This document shows positions 19,950 to 29,163 of a stretch of DNA of 64,000 bases, piece after piece. Origin of the DNA: Candidatus Scatosoma sp. (GTDB lineage Bacteria > Bacillota > Clostridia > Christensenellales > Borkfalkiaceae); the NCBI GenBank assembly GCA_045658805.1, contig JAZOVQ010000053.1, positions 10,837-74,836 on the forward strand, in the 5' to 3' direction. Below the pieces are notes generated by a model. The model saw only the letters and a program-made list of their open reading frames with translations. It searched no databases and was not told the DNA's origin. Made by a program: the position numbers and the translations under genes. The stretch's first letter is position 1, and every line of letters starts with the position of its first letter.

Positions 19950-20645
19950 TTAACAACAATGTATAAAATGCGCAAAAATTTTACGGCTTTTCGCATCCAC
20001 GTCAAAGGAGCGTTCAGGATGCCATTGCACACCCACAAAATATCTGCGTCCAGGCATATAAACCGCCTCAATGATACCGTCCGCCGCCTGCGCCATAATT
20101 TCCAAACCTTCGCCAAGCTTTTTCACCGCTTGGTGGTGCCAACTGTTAATGGCAATGCTATCCTCTTCTAACACTCCGTAAAAAGGCGTTCCGTGCATAA
20201 TGGAAATATCATGCGAAGTCTCGGTATGCGGATGTTCTTGACGGTGTACAAGCGTCGTTTGAATGGACGCATTAAGGTCTTGATACAACGAACCGCCCAA
20301 CGCTACGTTTAAAAATTGCATACCGCGGCAAACCCCTAAAATGGGCTTTTTGGAAGCAAAAATGCGCCCGAAAGCCAAGCTTTCAAATTCATCTCGAAGC
20401 GGTTGAATTTGTCCGCATAAATCGGTTTTTTCCTCACCGTACAAAGCAGGCGAAACGTCCTCTCCGCCGATAAATATAAAACCGTCGCACAACCCGACAA
20501 AGCGGTCGATATTTTCCACTTCCTTGGTATAAGGCAAAGCGATTACCATGCCGCCCGAAAGTTCAATTGCGTGCACGTATTCCTGCGGAATAAAGGATTT
20601 TCCTTCGCTGTCCACCGCCGCAATAATACCTATCATTTTTTTCAT
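19950..20645 (-). CDS. Class-I glutamine amidotransferase / peptidase C26 (gamma-glutamyl-GABA hydrolase-like)
   Basis: 231 aa. Nucleophile elbow GVCRGMQFLN and WHHQAV. Confidence 0.85.
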   Translation of the reverse strand: MKKMIGIIAAVDSEGKSFIPQEYVHAIELSGGMVIALPYTKEVENIDRFVGLCDGFIFIGGEDVSPALYGEEKTDLCGQIQPLRDEFESLAFGRIFASKKPILGVCRGMQFLNVALGGSLYQDLNASIQTTLVHRQEHPHTETSHDISIMHGTPFYGVLEEDSIAINSWHHQAVKKLGEGLEIMAQAADGIIEAVYMPGRRYFVGVQWHPERSFDVDAKSRKIFAHFIHCC

Positions 20646-20720
20646 ATCTAATTTCTTCTCCCTCTATACTTTCCTTCAAAGAAAAGTATACCGCATTTTC
20701 GAAATTTTGTCAATGCAAAA

Positions 20721-20754
20721 ATAAAAAAAAGCGGTTGTTTTTTACAACAACCGC
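20721..20754 (-). terminator. Rho-independent terminator after the P-type ATPase gene
   Basis: 9-bp stem GCGGTTGTT / AACAACCGC (20731-20739 / 20746-20754), followed by T8 on the minus strand. Confidence 0.8.
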
Positions 20755-20765
20755 CCTTCTTTTTA

Positions 20766-23378
20766 TCAGTTACCAGCCTTAATCAAGCCAAACGCTTTTG
20801 CAAGCTCCATTACCACAAGGGGAACAAGCGTTAAACCCAACCCCAAGAGATACATTTGCCAAGGCAACGTAATCAAGCCGAAAGCAATGCCGACAGGAGT
20901 GAACAACACCAACGCTACCAATGCAAAGGATACCAACGCCGCCAAATTCAACGTGCGGTTACCAAAGAAGCCAATTTTGAACAGCGATTTGTCCGAACGC
21001 ATATTGTACGCCTGCACAATTTGCGACAACGCAAGCGTCATAAATGCCAACGTTTGACCGCCTTCAAGGCTGTCGGTATACCACCTGCCAACCTTAAACG
21101 CAATCAACGACAACGCGCCGAACATAATACCCAAAAGCACTACTCTCACACCCAAACCGTGCGCAAAAATGCCCTCGTTTTTGGGTTTGGGCTTGCGTTG
21201 CATTACGTCGCTTTCCACCGCTTCCATACCAAGCGCAATAGCAGGCAAACTGTCCGTTACAAGGTTTATCCACAACAATTGCATGGACAACAACGGCGTA
21301 ACGTGCCATAACAACATTGCCGTAAATACCGTTACCACTTCACCGATATTCGTACCCAACAAGAAGCCGACTACTTTGCGAATGTTTGCGTAAATACCGC
21401 GCCCTTGCTTTACCGCCTCTACAATCGTTGCAAAGTTATCGTCCGTTAACGTCATATCCGCCGCGCCCTTGGCTACGTCCGTACCCGTAATACCCATAGC
21501 GCAACCGATGTCCGCCGCCTTTAATGCAGGCGCGTCGTTTACACCGTCCCCCGTCATGGATACCACTTTACCTTTTCTCTGCCAAGCCTTTACGATACGG
21601 ATTTTATTTTCAGGCGAAACACGCGCGTATACGGAAATACTTTCCACAGCGAGGTCCAATTCCTCTTCGCTCATTGCGTCCAATTCCGCGCCCGTAATCG
21701 CCTTATCACCGTCCAATAAAATGCCCAATTCTTTTGCAATTGCCGATGCGGTTACAACGTGGTCGCCCGTAATCATAACAGGTTTAATACCTGCTTCACG
21801 GCATACGCGCACCGCTTCCTTGGCTTCGGCTCTAGGAGGGTCAATCATACCCACAAGCCCCATAAACGTCAAGCCGTTTTCCAAGCTTTCGCTCGTCAAG
21901 GTTTCAGGAATTTCTTCAATTTCCTTATACCCAACTGCCAAAACACGCAAGGCGTTGGCGCTCATTTCTTCACAAACCTTGCCAGCCGTCACAAAATCAC
22001 CGATAGCGCAACGCTTTTCCATAACGTCAAACGCGCCCTTAACGATAACAATTTTCTTGCCGTCAATTACGTTAATGGTACTCATTAACTTACGGTCGGA
22101 ATCGAAAGGCAAACCGCCCAAGCGAGGATACGTTTCGTTTAAAGCGTCCTTATACAAGCCGTTTTTATACGCCGCGTATACAATTGCCGTTTCGGTGGGA
22201 TCGCCAAGATGCGTTTCCTTTCCGTCCTCTACCACAACCGAGCCGTCACAACACAGCGTACCATACGTAAGCAATTTTTTCACGCTGTCGGCAACGTCCG
22301 AAGTAACGTCCGCCACGCCTTCACCGTCCACGTACGTTTTGACAAGCGTCATACGGTTCATCGTCAACGTACCCGTTTTGTCCGAACAAATAATGGACGC
22401 GCTGCCCAACGTTTCTACCGCAGGCAAACGGCGAATAATTGCGTTCTTTTTTACCATGCGCTGTACACCGATAGAAAGCACGATAGTGACAATGGCAGGC
22501 AAGCCTTCAGGGATTGCCGATACCGCCAAAGATACCGCCGTCATGAAAATTTCCAACGGGGGAATATCATTCAATATACCGATAAGGAAAATAACCGCGC
22601 ACGCGCCAAGCGCCAAGAAACCAAGATATTTCCCAAGCTTCGCCAGCTTTTGCTGTAAAGGCGTTTGCGTATTGTCTTCGCCCGCCAACAAATTGGCAAT
22701 TTTACCCATTTCGGTATCCATACCCGTAGCCGTTACCACAGCCGTTGCCGTACCGTAGGTGATACTGCACCCAGAGAAAACCATATTGTGTCTATCCCCT
22801 AAAGGCGCGTCCTCTTTTACCTCTGCCAAAGCATCCTTTTCGCTGGGAACGGATTCCCCCGTCAACGCCGATTCCTCACTCTTTAAGCTAATGCTTTTAA
22901 GCAATCTTGCATCGGCAGGCACAAAATCCCCTGCTTCCAACAAAATAATATCCCCAGGCACAAGCTCACTGGCATCAACAAACTGTTCCTTGCCGTTTCG
23001 TATCACGCGCGCGTGCGGCGCGGACATATTTTTTAATGCATCCAACGCTTTTTCCGCTTTGCTTTCCTGCGCTACGCCCATTACCGCGTTCAAAACGACA
23101 ATAAGCAAAATCAATGCAGGTTCGAAAAATTCTTTAGGATTTTTCTCGATACAAGCAATAACAAAGGAAACGCCTGCTGCCAACAGCAAAATGATAATCA
23201 TTACGTCCTTAAACTGCTCGAAAAAGCGTTGCAAATTGCTCTTTTTCTTCTTTTCACGCAGTTTGTTTTCGCCATATTTTGCACGCTTTTGCGCAATTTG
23301 TTCGTCGGTCAAGCCAACGGCAACGTTGCTTTCAAAATGCCGCAAAATTGTTTCTTCATTGTTACAATGCGCTTTCAT
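20766..23378 (-). CDS. P2-type cation-transporting ATPase (Ca2+/Mn2+ pump-like)
   Basis: 870 aa. ICSDKTGTLT phosphorylation site, TGDGVNDAPALK, TM4 IPEGLPA and TM6 NLVTDSLPA, typical of the SERCA/PMR1-like P2A class. Confidence 0.95.
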   Translation of the reverse strand: MKAHCNNEETILRHFESNVAVGLTDEQIAQKRAKYGENKLREKKKKSNLQRFFEQFKDVMIIILLLAAGVSFVIACIEKNPKEFFEPALILLIVVLNAVMGVAQESKAEKALDALKNMSAPHARVIRNGKEQFVDASELVPGDIILLEAGDFVPADARLLKSISLKSEESALTGESVPSEKDALAEVKEDAPLGDRHNMVFSGCSITYGTATAVVTATGMDTEMGKIANLLAGEDNTQTPLQQKLAKLGKYLGFLALGACAVIFLIGILNDIPPLEIFMTAVSLAVSAIPEGLPAIVTIVLSIGVQRMVKKNAIIRRLPAVETLGSASIICSDKTGTLTMNRMTLVKTYVDGEGVADVTSDVADSVKKLLTYGTLCCDGSVVVEDGKETHLGDPTETAIVYAAYKNGLYKDALNETYPRLGGLPFDSDRKLMSTINVIDGKKIVIVKGAFDVMEKRCAIGDFVTAGKVCEEMSANALRVLAVGYKEIEEIPETLTSESLENGLTFMGLVGMIDPPRAEAKEAVRVCREAGIKPVMITGDHVVTASAIAKELGILLDGDKAITGAELDAMSEEELDLAVESISVYARVSPENKIRIVKAWQRKGKVVSMTGDGVNDAPALKAADIGCAMGITGTDVAKGAADMTLTDDNFATIVEAVKQGRGIYANIRKVVGFLLGTNIGEVVTVFTAMLLWHVTPLLSMQLLWINLVTDSLPAIALGMEAVESDVMQRKPKPKNEGIFAHGLGVRVVLLGIMFGALSLIAFKVGRWYTDSLEGGQTLAFMTLALSQIVQAYNMRSDKSLFKIGFFGNRTLNLAALVSFALVALVLFTPVGIAFGLITLPWQMYLLGLGLTLVPLVVMELAKAFGLIKAGN

Positions 23379-23449
23379 ATTTTTCCTACTCCTTTTGAGT
23401 GTTTTTACCTTAATATATATGTTTCAACTGTCAAGTATCCGCTTTTTTA

Positions 23450-23483
23450 CAAAAAAATCCAAGCGAGTTGGCTACGCTTGGAT
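23450..23483 (-). terminator. Leader terminator (putative expression platform) between the riboswitch-like element and the ATPase gene
   Basis: 9-bp stem ATCCAAGCG / CGCTTGGAT (23457-23465 / 23475-23483), followed by T-run 23456-23451 on the minus strand. About 70 nt upstream of the ATPase ATG. Confidence 0.7.
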
Positions 23484-23526
23484 ATCTTTTTTGTGTATAG
23501 AAACCCCGTATAGCCTTTCAGTTATA

Positions 23527-23610
23527 CGTAAGTCTCGCAATTTAAAACAAGCCAGATGCAACATCGAGTTTGTTGACTTGTTCCGCTAACGCGGTTACTA
23601 CTCCCTTACG
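23527..23610 (-). promoter_or_regulatory. yybP-ykoY (Mn2+) riboswitch-like aptamer
   Basis: Minus strand CGUAAG-GGAGUAG-UAA-CCGC GUUA GCGG-AACAAG-[CAACA..UGUUG hairpin]-CUUGUU-UUAAAUUGCGAGA-CUUACG. The closing helix, the GGAGUAG 5' loop and the GCGAGAC 3' element match my memory of the family (L. lactis: AAAGG GGAGUAG ... AGCAAGA CCUUU). It has its own promoter and a downstream terminator, and it precedes a cation ATPase, a known context. Confidence 0.55.
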
Positions 23611-23620
23611 GAATACAATC

Positions 23621-23649
23621 ATTATAGCACGCTCGTAGACGATTGTCAA
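23621..23649 (-). promoter_or_regulatory. Consensus SigA promoter driving the riboswitch-like leader and ATPase
   Basis: Minus strand TTGACA (23649-23644), 17 nt, TATAAT (23626-23621). Confidence 0.7.
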
Positions 23650-23700
23650 TTGCTTTTTGAGAAAATTGGTAATTTTCGCCTAATTTTTACAAAAGAGAAA

Positions 23701-24978
23701 TTACATTTCTACGATACGCTTGTTTTTACGGCTTTCTTCTGCCGCATAAACGAGCAAATGGCTGTTAATCGAATCTTCCAACAAGGTGATAGACATCGAG
23801 CTCTTTTCGCCGTTTAAATAACGTACGAGATCGTGCATAATGCCGTAATCGCCGCCGCTGTGTCCACCGTACATTGCTTTGTTGACAATTTGTTTGGAAA
23901 GGTCAATCACTTCTTCTACGTAGGAAACGCTTTCGTGACGATATTGACGGTAAACAAATTTGTTTTCTTCCAATTTACCTTCAATTTCGCCTGCCGTACC
24001 TACGATATGTACGTAACGGTCGGGACGAACGGTGCTGCAAGAAAGCGTAAACGCCGCTACGCTGCCGTCCTCAAAATCCACAATCAAATTTTGTCTATCC
24101 ACTACGTCGCCGTCGCAAAGGAATGCGCATTTGCCGTAATCGTGACGGCGCAAAAAGGCTTCCTTTTCTTCTTTGGTAACTTCGTTGTAAGGTTTGTTCA
24201 TGCTATCCCAAACCAAGAAAGGCATCGTATCGTTGTTGAAATACAAATCCACCGCGTTATAACGGCAGGTTTCCTTATGAGGACAATCGAAACAGAATTC
24301 GGTTGCGTCCTTGGGTTGATTTTCCTTCACGAAGAAGCAACGGTGCCCGAAGCTGGAAACGGATTTAATTTTAGAATCCGCACGAAGCCAGCAAATAAGG
24401 TCCATATCGTGACAGCATTTTGCAAGCAAAATGGGGCTGCCGCATTCCGATTCCTTATTCCACTTCCCTCTAATATAGCTGGAAAGGTAATGAGGAACCC
24501 AAACGTGTTCGTTCATTTCCATGGAAATAATTTTGCCGAGTTTGCCTTCCGCAACCATGCTCTTTACTTGCTTGTAGAAAGGGCTGTAACGAAGCACGTG
24601 GCATACGAAAACCATACAACCGTTTTGTTTTGCCAAGCGTTCGATATCGCGCAATTCGTTTTCCTTGGAAACGATAGGCTTTTCGATAAGCATGTGATGT
24701 TTGGACGCCAAAATTTCCATTGCCGTTTGGTAATGGATTTGTTCCATCGTTGCGTTGATAACGATATCCGCTTCAACACCCGAAGCTACAAAATCAGCGT
24801 ATGCGGAAAAAAGCTGCCCGTCCGATAAAGAGTATCTTTCTTTGGCTACTTGCAATTTATAAGCGTTGGGATCAATGATCGCAACCACTTCCACTTCGTT
24901 AGGTTCATCTAAAGAATAATCCGCGTAAACTTGACCGCGGTTGCCGTAACCGACAATGGCAATTTTAATTTTTTTCAT
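23701..24978 (-). CDS. Gfo/Idh/MocA-family NAD(P)-dependent oxidoreductase (cytoplasmic, long form)
   Basis: Start trimmed to MKKIKIAIVGYGNRG (Rossmann GxGxxG) after AGAGAAGGAA. No signal peptide. It is the last gene of the ABC/surface-protein gene string. Confidence 0.85.
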   Translation of the reverse strand: MKKIKIAIVGYGNRGQVYADYSLDEPNEVEVVAIIDPNAYKLQVAKERYSLSDGQLFSAYADFVASGVEADIVINATMEQIHYQTAMEILASKHHMLIEKPIVSKENELRDIERLAKQNGCMVFVCHVLRYSPFYKQVKSMVAEGKLGKIISMEMNEHVWVPHYLSSYIRGKWNKESECGSPILLAKCCHDMDLICWLRADSKIKSVSSFGHRCFFVKENQPKDATEFCFDCPHKETCRYNAVDLYFNNDTMPFLVWDSMNKPYNEVTKEEKEAFLRRHDYGKCAFLCDGDVVDRQNLIVDFEDGSVAAFTLSCSTVRPDRYVHIVGTAGEIEGKLEENKFVYRQYRHESVSYVEEVIDLSKQIVNKAMYGGHSGGDYGIMHDLVRYLNGEKSSMSITLLEDSINSHLLVYAAEESRKNKRIVEM

Positions 24979-25098
24979 ATATATTCCTTCTCTCTTTAAC
25001 AGGTTTGGGAAAGCCGACAAGCGGCTCTCCCTCGCCTTGTCCTTTACTGCATTTGATTATCTTTTGTAATTTTTTCAAATCCACAAAATAAGTGTTGC

Positions 25099-28000
25099 TT
25101 AGTCTTCCTTCTTTTTCTTCAAAAGCGCAACTGCTGCCATACCAAGTGCCAATGCGCCGCCCGTAAGACCGGTTACCGTACCCATACAGCCAGCTTTCGT
25201 ACCGCCGTTGTTGTCGTCAGCGTTATCGTCTGCATTGTCGTCGTCAGCATTTTCGTTGTTTTCGCTATCCGTAGCTTCGTTTTCATCGTCCGAAGTGTCT
25301 TCTTCGTCGGGCATTTCGCCGCCGTTGTTTTGAGGTACTTCTTCAAGCGCGGTTTCAAACGCTTCAACTGCCGCTTCTACTTCTTCAACCGTTTCAGCTG
25401 CTTCGATAGCCGCTTTTGCCGCTGTAAACAAGTCGTTAATCAATTCAACGTTGTCTTCGCTGTAAAGATCGAAATCGATATCTCTCTTCAAATCGTTTAC
25501 AGTTTCGTTTGCCGTTTCTTTAGCTGCTGCAAGTTCTTCCGCTTCAAGTTGGTCAACCGTCTTCACTTCGTCCAAATCCGCTTTTGCCGATGCAACCAAA
25601 GCTTCTACGTCAGCTTGTGCCGTCACATTGTCAAGAGCCGCTATAAACGTTTCAATGATGCCTGCTCTAACAGCCGCTTCTTCGTCGTTGTAAACGCCGT
25701 CTGCTCTATATGCTTCTACGTCAGCAACTGCCGCCGTAATTACGTCTTCTCTCGTTACAAGTCCGTCAATAGCCGTTTTTGCCGTAGCCACTGCGTTTGC
25801 AATAGCTTCAAGGTCCGCAGCTGCTGCAACGCCAGCAACGCCAGCCGCTACAAGTTCAGCCTTTTGCGCCGCTTGTTCGTCCATGTAAACTACGTCAGCC
25901 TTGTAAGTTTCAATTTCAGCAACTGCCGCTTGCTTGTCGTTTGCAAGTTCTTCATCAGCGTATTGAGCTGCCGTCTTAAGCGCGTCGATTGCCGCTTTCG
26001 TGTTTTCGATAATTACGTCTACTTCGCTGTTGTTTGCTGCATTTGCAATTGCTTCTTGAGCCGCTGTGATAATGCTTACTCTTTCCGCTTCTTCCGCGTC
26101 ACGGAACATACCTGCTTTATAATCGTTAAGTTGGGCAGCCGCATAATCTGCATAGGTTACGTAACCGAGATCGGTCTTGTAAAGCACGATGTCTTCAGCC
26201 ACTTCATACATAATATATACGGGGTTGCCGTTGATACCAATCAAGGTCGTCATTGCTCTCGTGGGGAACAACGTACCTGCAGGAATGGTAATGCTTTGAA
26301 GTTCGTCTGCCGTAAGGAATACTTGGAATGCATAATAGCCTACGCCTTCTTCACCCAAGTTGAACAAACCATAATAGCCAACCAAGCCTTCCAAACCGTT
26401 CAACAAAATGGTTTCGCTGAACTTGTTATCGAAATAATAGTTGGGGTTTACGGCAAGCTCCGTGCCGTCGCCGTAATAATCGTCACCCTCGAAGGAGATA
26501 CCGAAATAGCCGCAAACGCCGTCGTGGCCTTGTACGTATTTAACCGATTCAATCTTTACTTGTGCAGTGGATTCGATACCGTATGCAAAACCAGATTGCG
26601 TGGTTACGTAGGAAGCGCCTGCGCGGTACACTACGTCACCCGTGTGTTGCAAGTAACCATGGCTGGGGATAAGCGCGCCTTCCATAATGGTTACGGACGT
26701 AGCCTTGGAAAGACCGTTTGCAACTGCCGCTTCCAAATTGTCCTTGCCCATCGACAAGTGCAACGTGATTATGTGGTCAGGTTCGCCTGCATCCAAATCG
26801 TATGCGTTGTCATAGAAAGCAACACAGCCAAGTTCTCTTAACGTCTTGTCACCAAATTTAACGTGATCGAAGAAGCCAAGCTTGTCAAACAATTCCGCCA
26901 AGCTGCTACCGTCGTCCGCCGTGTATGCAACATTGTCCATTCTTTCGGTCCAATCAGCATCGCCGATGGTAACGCGCAAGATCAAGTTACCCGTATTCAT
27001 GTAGAAGTCTTCAATTCTTGCGATGAATGCCGAATCTTTGGTTTCATAATATTCAGCCGCCGTCAACAAATTGTCGATACGTGCTTTTGCGTCCGCTACG
27101 ATTTCCTCAATCTTCGTTGCGTTTTCAGCCGTTGCAAGCTGTTCTTTTGCCGTTGCTACAATCGTTGCTCTTTCAGCCGCTTGTTCTTCACGGAAATAGC
27201 CTTCAGCCGATTTGTATGCATCCAATCCTTCCGAAGCAATAGCCACTGCTTCCGCTTTGGTTTGCAATCCGTCAATAGCTGCTTTTGCATCTGCAAGCTC
27301 TGCATTTACGTCCTCAATGGTCAATGCGTCCTTGATAGCAACCAAGCCTGCTTCCACCAATGCCGCGCGTTCAGCCACTTGTTCAACGAAATATTCTACT
27401 TCTGCTTTGTATGCTTCAAGTTCAGCTTTTGCAGCGTCTTTTGCCGCGCCAAGTGCCGCATTTTCTTCCGCTGCATATTCACCTTCCGTCTTCAAAAGGT
27501 TGATTTGCGCCGTTGCGTTTGCGAAGATAGAATCAATCAATTCCTGCGTGTCAGCTTCGTTCATTGCCACTTTTGCTTCCGCTACGATAGCAAGTCTTTG
27601 TGCTTCTTCCGCTTCACGGAACATGCCTGCTTTGTAAAGTTCAAGTTCCAATCCCTTTTGTTCTGCATAACCAGAGAAAGAGATAAATTCGTCGCCGACT
27701 TTATAGAATACCACGTCTTCCGTCGTTACGTACACTTCTCTCGAACCCGTCGAAAGTGCGTTGTAGGAAGGGATTTGACAGCCTGCCAAAATGGTAATTT
27801 TGGTTGCCGTTAAACCTGCGGTGGTACGGACAGCAATTGCGCCCTTGTTGCCCCATACGTTAAGGAAAGCTTCGTTGGAGGAACCAATTGCTACGTCGTT
27901 AATCAATACGTGCGTATAGAAGTTGGTGTTTACAAGGAAATCCTCAACGCTTTTAACGTCGCCGCCATAATTATCAAGCGTTTCGGGATAATCGTGCGTA

Positions 28001-29118
28001 CCAAGCTTAAAGATAGTGAAATTGTCCGCTTCGGAACCAGATACCTTTACCGAAGTGATTTCCGTAGCCGTTTCCACGTAAGGTTTCGCCCACGTACCAT
28101 CGTTTTGTTTATAGAAGGTTACGTCTTCCTGCGTTTCATACATCATGTATACGGGGTTGCCGTTTACTTCAAACAAGCTGGTCATTGCTTGTGCAGGGAA
28201 CAACGTACCTGCGGGAATGGTAATCGCTTGCGCGTCTGCTTCAGGCGTACGAATTACGAACGAGAAGTAGCCTGCGCCATCAGCACCAAGGTTGTACAAA
28301 CCATAAGGTTCAACCTTACCTGCAACGCCGTCAATCAAAATGGTGTTTGCGTAACGGTTTGCCGTGTATACGCTCGATTGATAGTTGGTTTGATTGATTT
28401 CCCTTTGTTGACCGTTGCCTGCATAGTCGTCACCCTTCAAGGAGATACCAAAATATGCATTGCCATACGTAGCGTCCCAGCTGGTTACGTAATCCATCGC
28501 TTCTACTTCCGTTTTACCTACGGACATAATACCGTACGCTACGTCCGAATTCGTCGCAACGAAATCGCAACCTGCGCGGTATACGGTTGCCGTCGTATCG
28601 CCTTGCAAATAAGCATGGCTAGGGATAAGCGCGCCTTCTTTAACCGTCAAGCAGGTATTTGCACTAATGCCTGCAGCCGTTGCAGCCGCCATATTTTCGC
28701 TACCCATTGCAAGGGGAATCGTAATCGTATAATCGGGCTCGCCAGAGTTTAACCAATAAATGTTATCGTAACAAGCCGTGCACCCCCATTCCGCCAAGGT
28801 CTTTCCGCCGATTTCAATGTGGTTAAAGAAATCCAAGCCTCTAAGTGCGCCAGCCAAGTCCCCCGCACCTGCGTAAGACTGTTGACTTTCGCCCGTCCAG
28901 TCGCATTCGCCAAGCGTCAAACGGATTTCAAAGTTACCGTTGCCGTGCCAACCTGCTACACGTCCGAGCATTGCAATATTTTTCGTAGAATAGCTTACTT
29001 CTTCCGCATTTACAGTTACGGTGTTGTCAGGAGCGGAAGTTGCACACGCCGTTGCGCCTGCGCCAACGCCTACAACTGCGCACAAACCCGCTAAAAATAA
29101 TTTATTAAACTTTCTCAT
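25099..29118 (-). CDS. 1339-aa cell-surface protein: lipobox signal, duplicated unknown-module region, Ala/Glu helical repeat modules, acidic tail, C-terminal Cys + TM + KKKK anchor
   Basis: N-terminus MRKFNKLFLAGLCAVVGVGAGATAC. Residues about 35-480 and about 700-990 are paralogous, for example GALIPSHAYL / GALIPSHGYL and ITIPAGTLFPAQAM...NGNPVYMMYE / ITIPAGTLFPTRAM...NGNPVYIMYE. FIVAR-like helical units such as AKAAIDGLQTKAE and TKAAIDALKTAAQ. C-terminus ...DDNADDNNGGTKAGCMGTVTGLTGGALALGMAAVALLKKKKED. Confidence 0.8.
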   Translation of the reverse strand: MRKFNKLFLAGLCAVVGVGAGATACATSAPDNTVTVNAEEVSYSTKNIAMLGRVAGWHGNGNFEIRLTLGECDWTGESQQSYAGAGDLAGALRGLDFFNHIEIGGKTLAEWGCTACYDNIYWLNSGEPDYTITIPLAMGSENMAAATAAGISANTCLTVKEGALIPSHAYLQGDTTATVYRAGCDFVATNSDVAYGIMSVGKTEVEAMDYVTSWDATYGNAYFGISLKGDDYAGNGQQREINQTNYQSSVYTANRYANTILIDGVAGKVEPYGLYNLGADGAGYFSFVIRTPEADAQAITIPAGTLFPAQAMTSLFEVNGNPVYMMYETQEDVTFYKQNDGTWAKPYVETATEITSVKVSGSEADNFTIFKLGTHDYPETLDNYGGDVKSVEDFLVNTNFYTHVLINDVAIGSSNEAFLNVWGNKGAIAVRTTAGLTATKITILAGCQIPSYNALSTGSREVYVTTEDVVFYKVGDEFISFSGYAEQKGLELELYKAGMFREAEEAQRLAIVAEAKVAMNEADTQELIDSIFANATAQINLLKTEGEYAAEENAALGAAKDAAKAELEAYKAEVEYFVEQVAERAALVEAGLVAIKDALTIEDVNAELADAKAAIDGLQTKAEAVAIASEGLDAYKSAEGYFREEQAAERATIVATAKEQLATAENATKIEEIVADAKARIDNLLTAAEYYETKDSAFIARIEDFYMNTGNLILRVTIGDADWTERMDNVAYTADDGSSLAELFDKLGFFDHVKFGDKTLRELGCVAFYDNAYDLDAGEPDHIITLHLSMGKDNLEAAVANGLSKATSVTIMEGALIPSHGYLQHTGDVVYRAGASYVTTQSGFAYGIESTAQVKIESVKYVQGHDGVCGYFGISFEGDDYYGDGTELAVNPNYYFDNKFSETILLNGLEGLVGYYGLFNLGEEGVGYYAFQVFLTADELQSITIPAGTLFPTRAMTTLIGINGNPVYIMYEVAEDIVLYKTDLGYVTYADYAAAQLNDYKAGMFRDAEEAERVSIITAAQEAIANAANNSEVDVIIENTKAAIDALKTAAQYADEELANDKQAAVAEIETYKADVVYMDEQAAQKAELVAAGVAGVAAAADLEAIANAVATAKTAIDGLVTREDVITAAVADVEAYRADGVYNDEEAAVRAGIIETFIAALDNVTAQADVEALVASAKADLDEVKTVDQLEAEELAAAKETANETVNDLKRDIDFDLYSEDNVELINDLFTAAKAAIEAAETVEEVEAAVEAFETALEEVPQNNGGEMPDEEDTSDDENEATDSENNENADDDNADDNADDNNGGTKAGCMGTVTGLTGGALALGMAAVALLKKKKED

Positions 29119-29163
29119 TGTTTATTTCCTAATCCTTATTTTTATTATTCAGCAACGTATTGC

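Noticed and set aside
25007-25031. 10-bp hairpin (GGGAGAGCCG/CGGCTTTCCC on the minus strand) after the 1339-aa gene, considered as an operon-ending terminator.
   Set aside because: It is not followed by a U-tract and lies only about 30 nt before the oxidoreductase start. It is more likely an internal processing or stability element, so the oxidoreductase is kept in the operon, tentatively.
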